The notes beneath the pieces were generated by a model that had not been told where the DNA came from, ran no database searches, and saw only the letters and a program-made list of their open reading frames with translations. A stretch of DNA of 15,926 nucleotides from a virus (taxonomy: Duplodnaviria; Heunggongvirae; Uroviricota; Caudoviricetes), in the IMG/VR virus record IMGVR_UViG_3300046786_000370, positions 1 through 15,926 of that record; one strand, given 5' to 3'. This document shows positions 15,189 to 15,926 of this stretch, piece by piece (the first letter of the stretch is position 1; each line of letters begins with the position of its first letter). A program made the translations under genes and the position numbers.

Positions 15189-15377
15189 ATGGAATACATT
15201 GCTTATTTTATGTTAGGGTTTGGATTTGGTATATCGTTTTACTATATGTTTTATTACGATAACTCGTCGACTAAGTTAGAACGCATGAAGCATGATTTAG
15301 ATGTACGTAAAGAATGGTTCAGAATGTTAGCTGACCAAAAGAAAAACAAATCAAAATGGCCAGAAGGCTGGAAATAA
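15189..15377 (+). CDS. Small single-TM membrane protein
   Basis: Start reassigned to ATG 15189 (AAGGAA SD, 1 nt after the upstream stop); MEYIAYFMLGFGFGISFYYMFYY hydrophobic N-terminus, basic C-terminus; 62 aa. Confidence 0.65.
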   Translation: MEYIAYFMLGFGFGISFYYMFYYDNSSTKLERMKHDLDVRKEWFRMLADQKKNKSKWPEGWK

Positions 15378-15389
15378 TAGGAGAAACAA

Positions 15390-15926
15390 ATGACAGAAGA
15401 AATTAAAGACGTTAACGCAAAAATTGACGAAGCAGAAGCGGCTATGAAAAAATATGCCAGCAAAGATACTGTAATTAGTATTGGTGGCTACGAATTCACA
15501 CCCGCTAAACTAATGGTAGCACTTACTATTGTAAGTAGCACATTAGGTGGTTTGTATGGTGCCTTTGAAGTCTATAAAGACTATATTGGCATGAAGAAAA
15601 AGATTGCTGAATACAGTGCGCCTGACCTAAGTGGGTTTGACAAGCGTTTGGCAGTTATTGAAGAGAATAGTGCTAAGACCAGCGATTACACTCGTGATAT
15701 CAAAACAGATTTAAAGAACGACCTTCGTCGTAATGAATCAGTTACTGAGCAAGTTGAGCGCAGTGTAAAACAAGCACAACGTGAAACTGAAAGTGAAATG
15801 CGTGACATGCGTAAAGCAGTACGTGAAGACTTGGAAAAAGCTCGTAACGAAGCCAACACTATTCGTAAAGAAATGGCAGAAGCTCGTAGAGAAATTGAAC
15901 GTGAAGTTGTTCAGTTAAAGAAAGAA
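15390..15926 (+). CDS. Membrane-anchored coiled-coil protein (partial; runs off the window, absent from the ORF track)
   Basis: TAGGAG SD then ATG 15390; open for 179 codons: MTEEIKD...IGGYEFTPAKLMVALTIVSSTLGGLYGAFEVYKDY...APDLSGFDKRLAV then an E/R/K-rich heptad-like region. Confidence 0.85.
   Translation, partial: MTEEIKDVNAKIDEAEAAMKKYASKDTVISIGGYEFTPAKLMVALTIVSSTLGGLYGAFEVYKDYIGMKKKIAEYSAPDLSGFDKRLAVIEENSAKTSDYTRDIKTDLKNDLRRNESVTEQVERSVKQAQRETESEMRDMRKAVREDLEKARNEANTIRKEMAEARREIEREVVQLKKE

Noticed and set aside
1-15926. Stop-codon recoding, as seen in some large phages
   Set aside because: All conserved genes are full length under code 11; TAA, TGA and TAG (9433) all act as stops at sensible positions.

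Overview
Densely packed, AT-rich window that most likely comes from a large lytic (jumbo/T4-superfamily-like) bacteriophage. Evidence: phoH, a gp44/RFC-type clamp loader, a stand-alone GroES, a free-standing PD-(D/E)XK endonuclease, a DnaE fragment, a SleB-type cell-wall hydrolase, TATAAATA late-promoter motifs and many small abutting hypothetical ORFs. The standout element is an essentially complete SUF iron-sulfur cluster assembly locus (sufB-sufC-mini sufD-sufS-sufE-sufT-orf-sufA, 3929-8912, minus strand). It is joined by overlapping stop/start codons to phage-type genes inside one ~9.7 kb minus-strand run that starts behind a near-consensus sigma70 promoter (10596-10624). SufB looks canonical, whereas SufD is cut to 143 aa and SufS has a non-canonical catalytic loop. 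The endonuclease appears to have inserted into the 5' end of the clamp-loader gene, leaving a decayed copy of the old start upstream and a consensus sigma70 promoter dual-coded in its own 3' end. The right third is a divergent plus-strand module of exported or membrane proteins: an Asn/Thr repeat protein, a Gln-rich protein with an FBA-lectin-like motif, a small membrane protein, and a membrane-anchored coiled-coil protein that runs off the window. All family calls come from motif recognition by eye; no database searches were run, so novelty is unverified.
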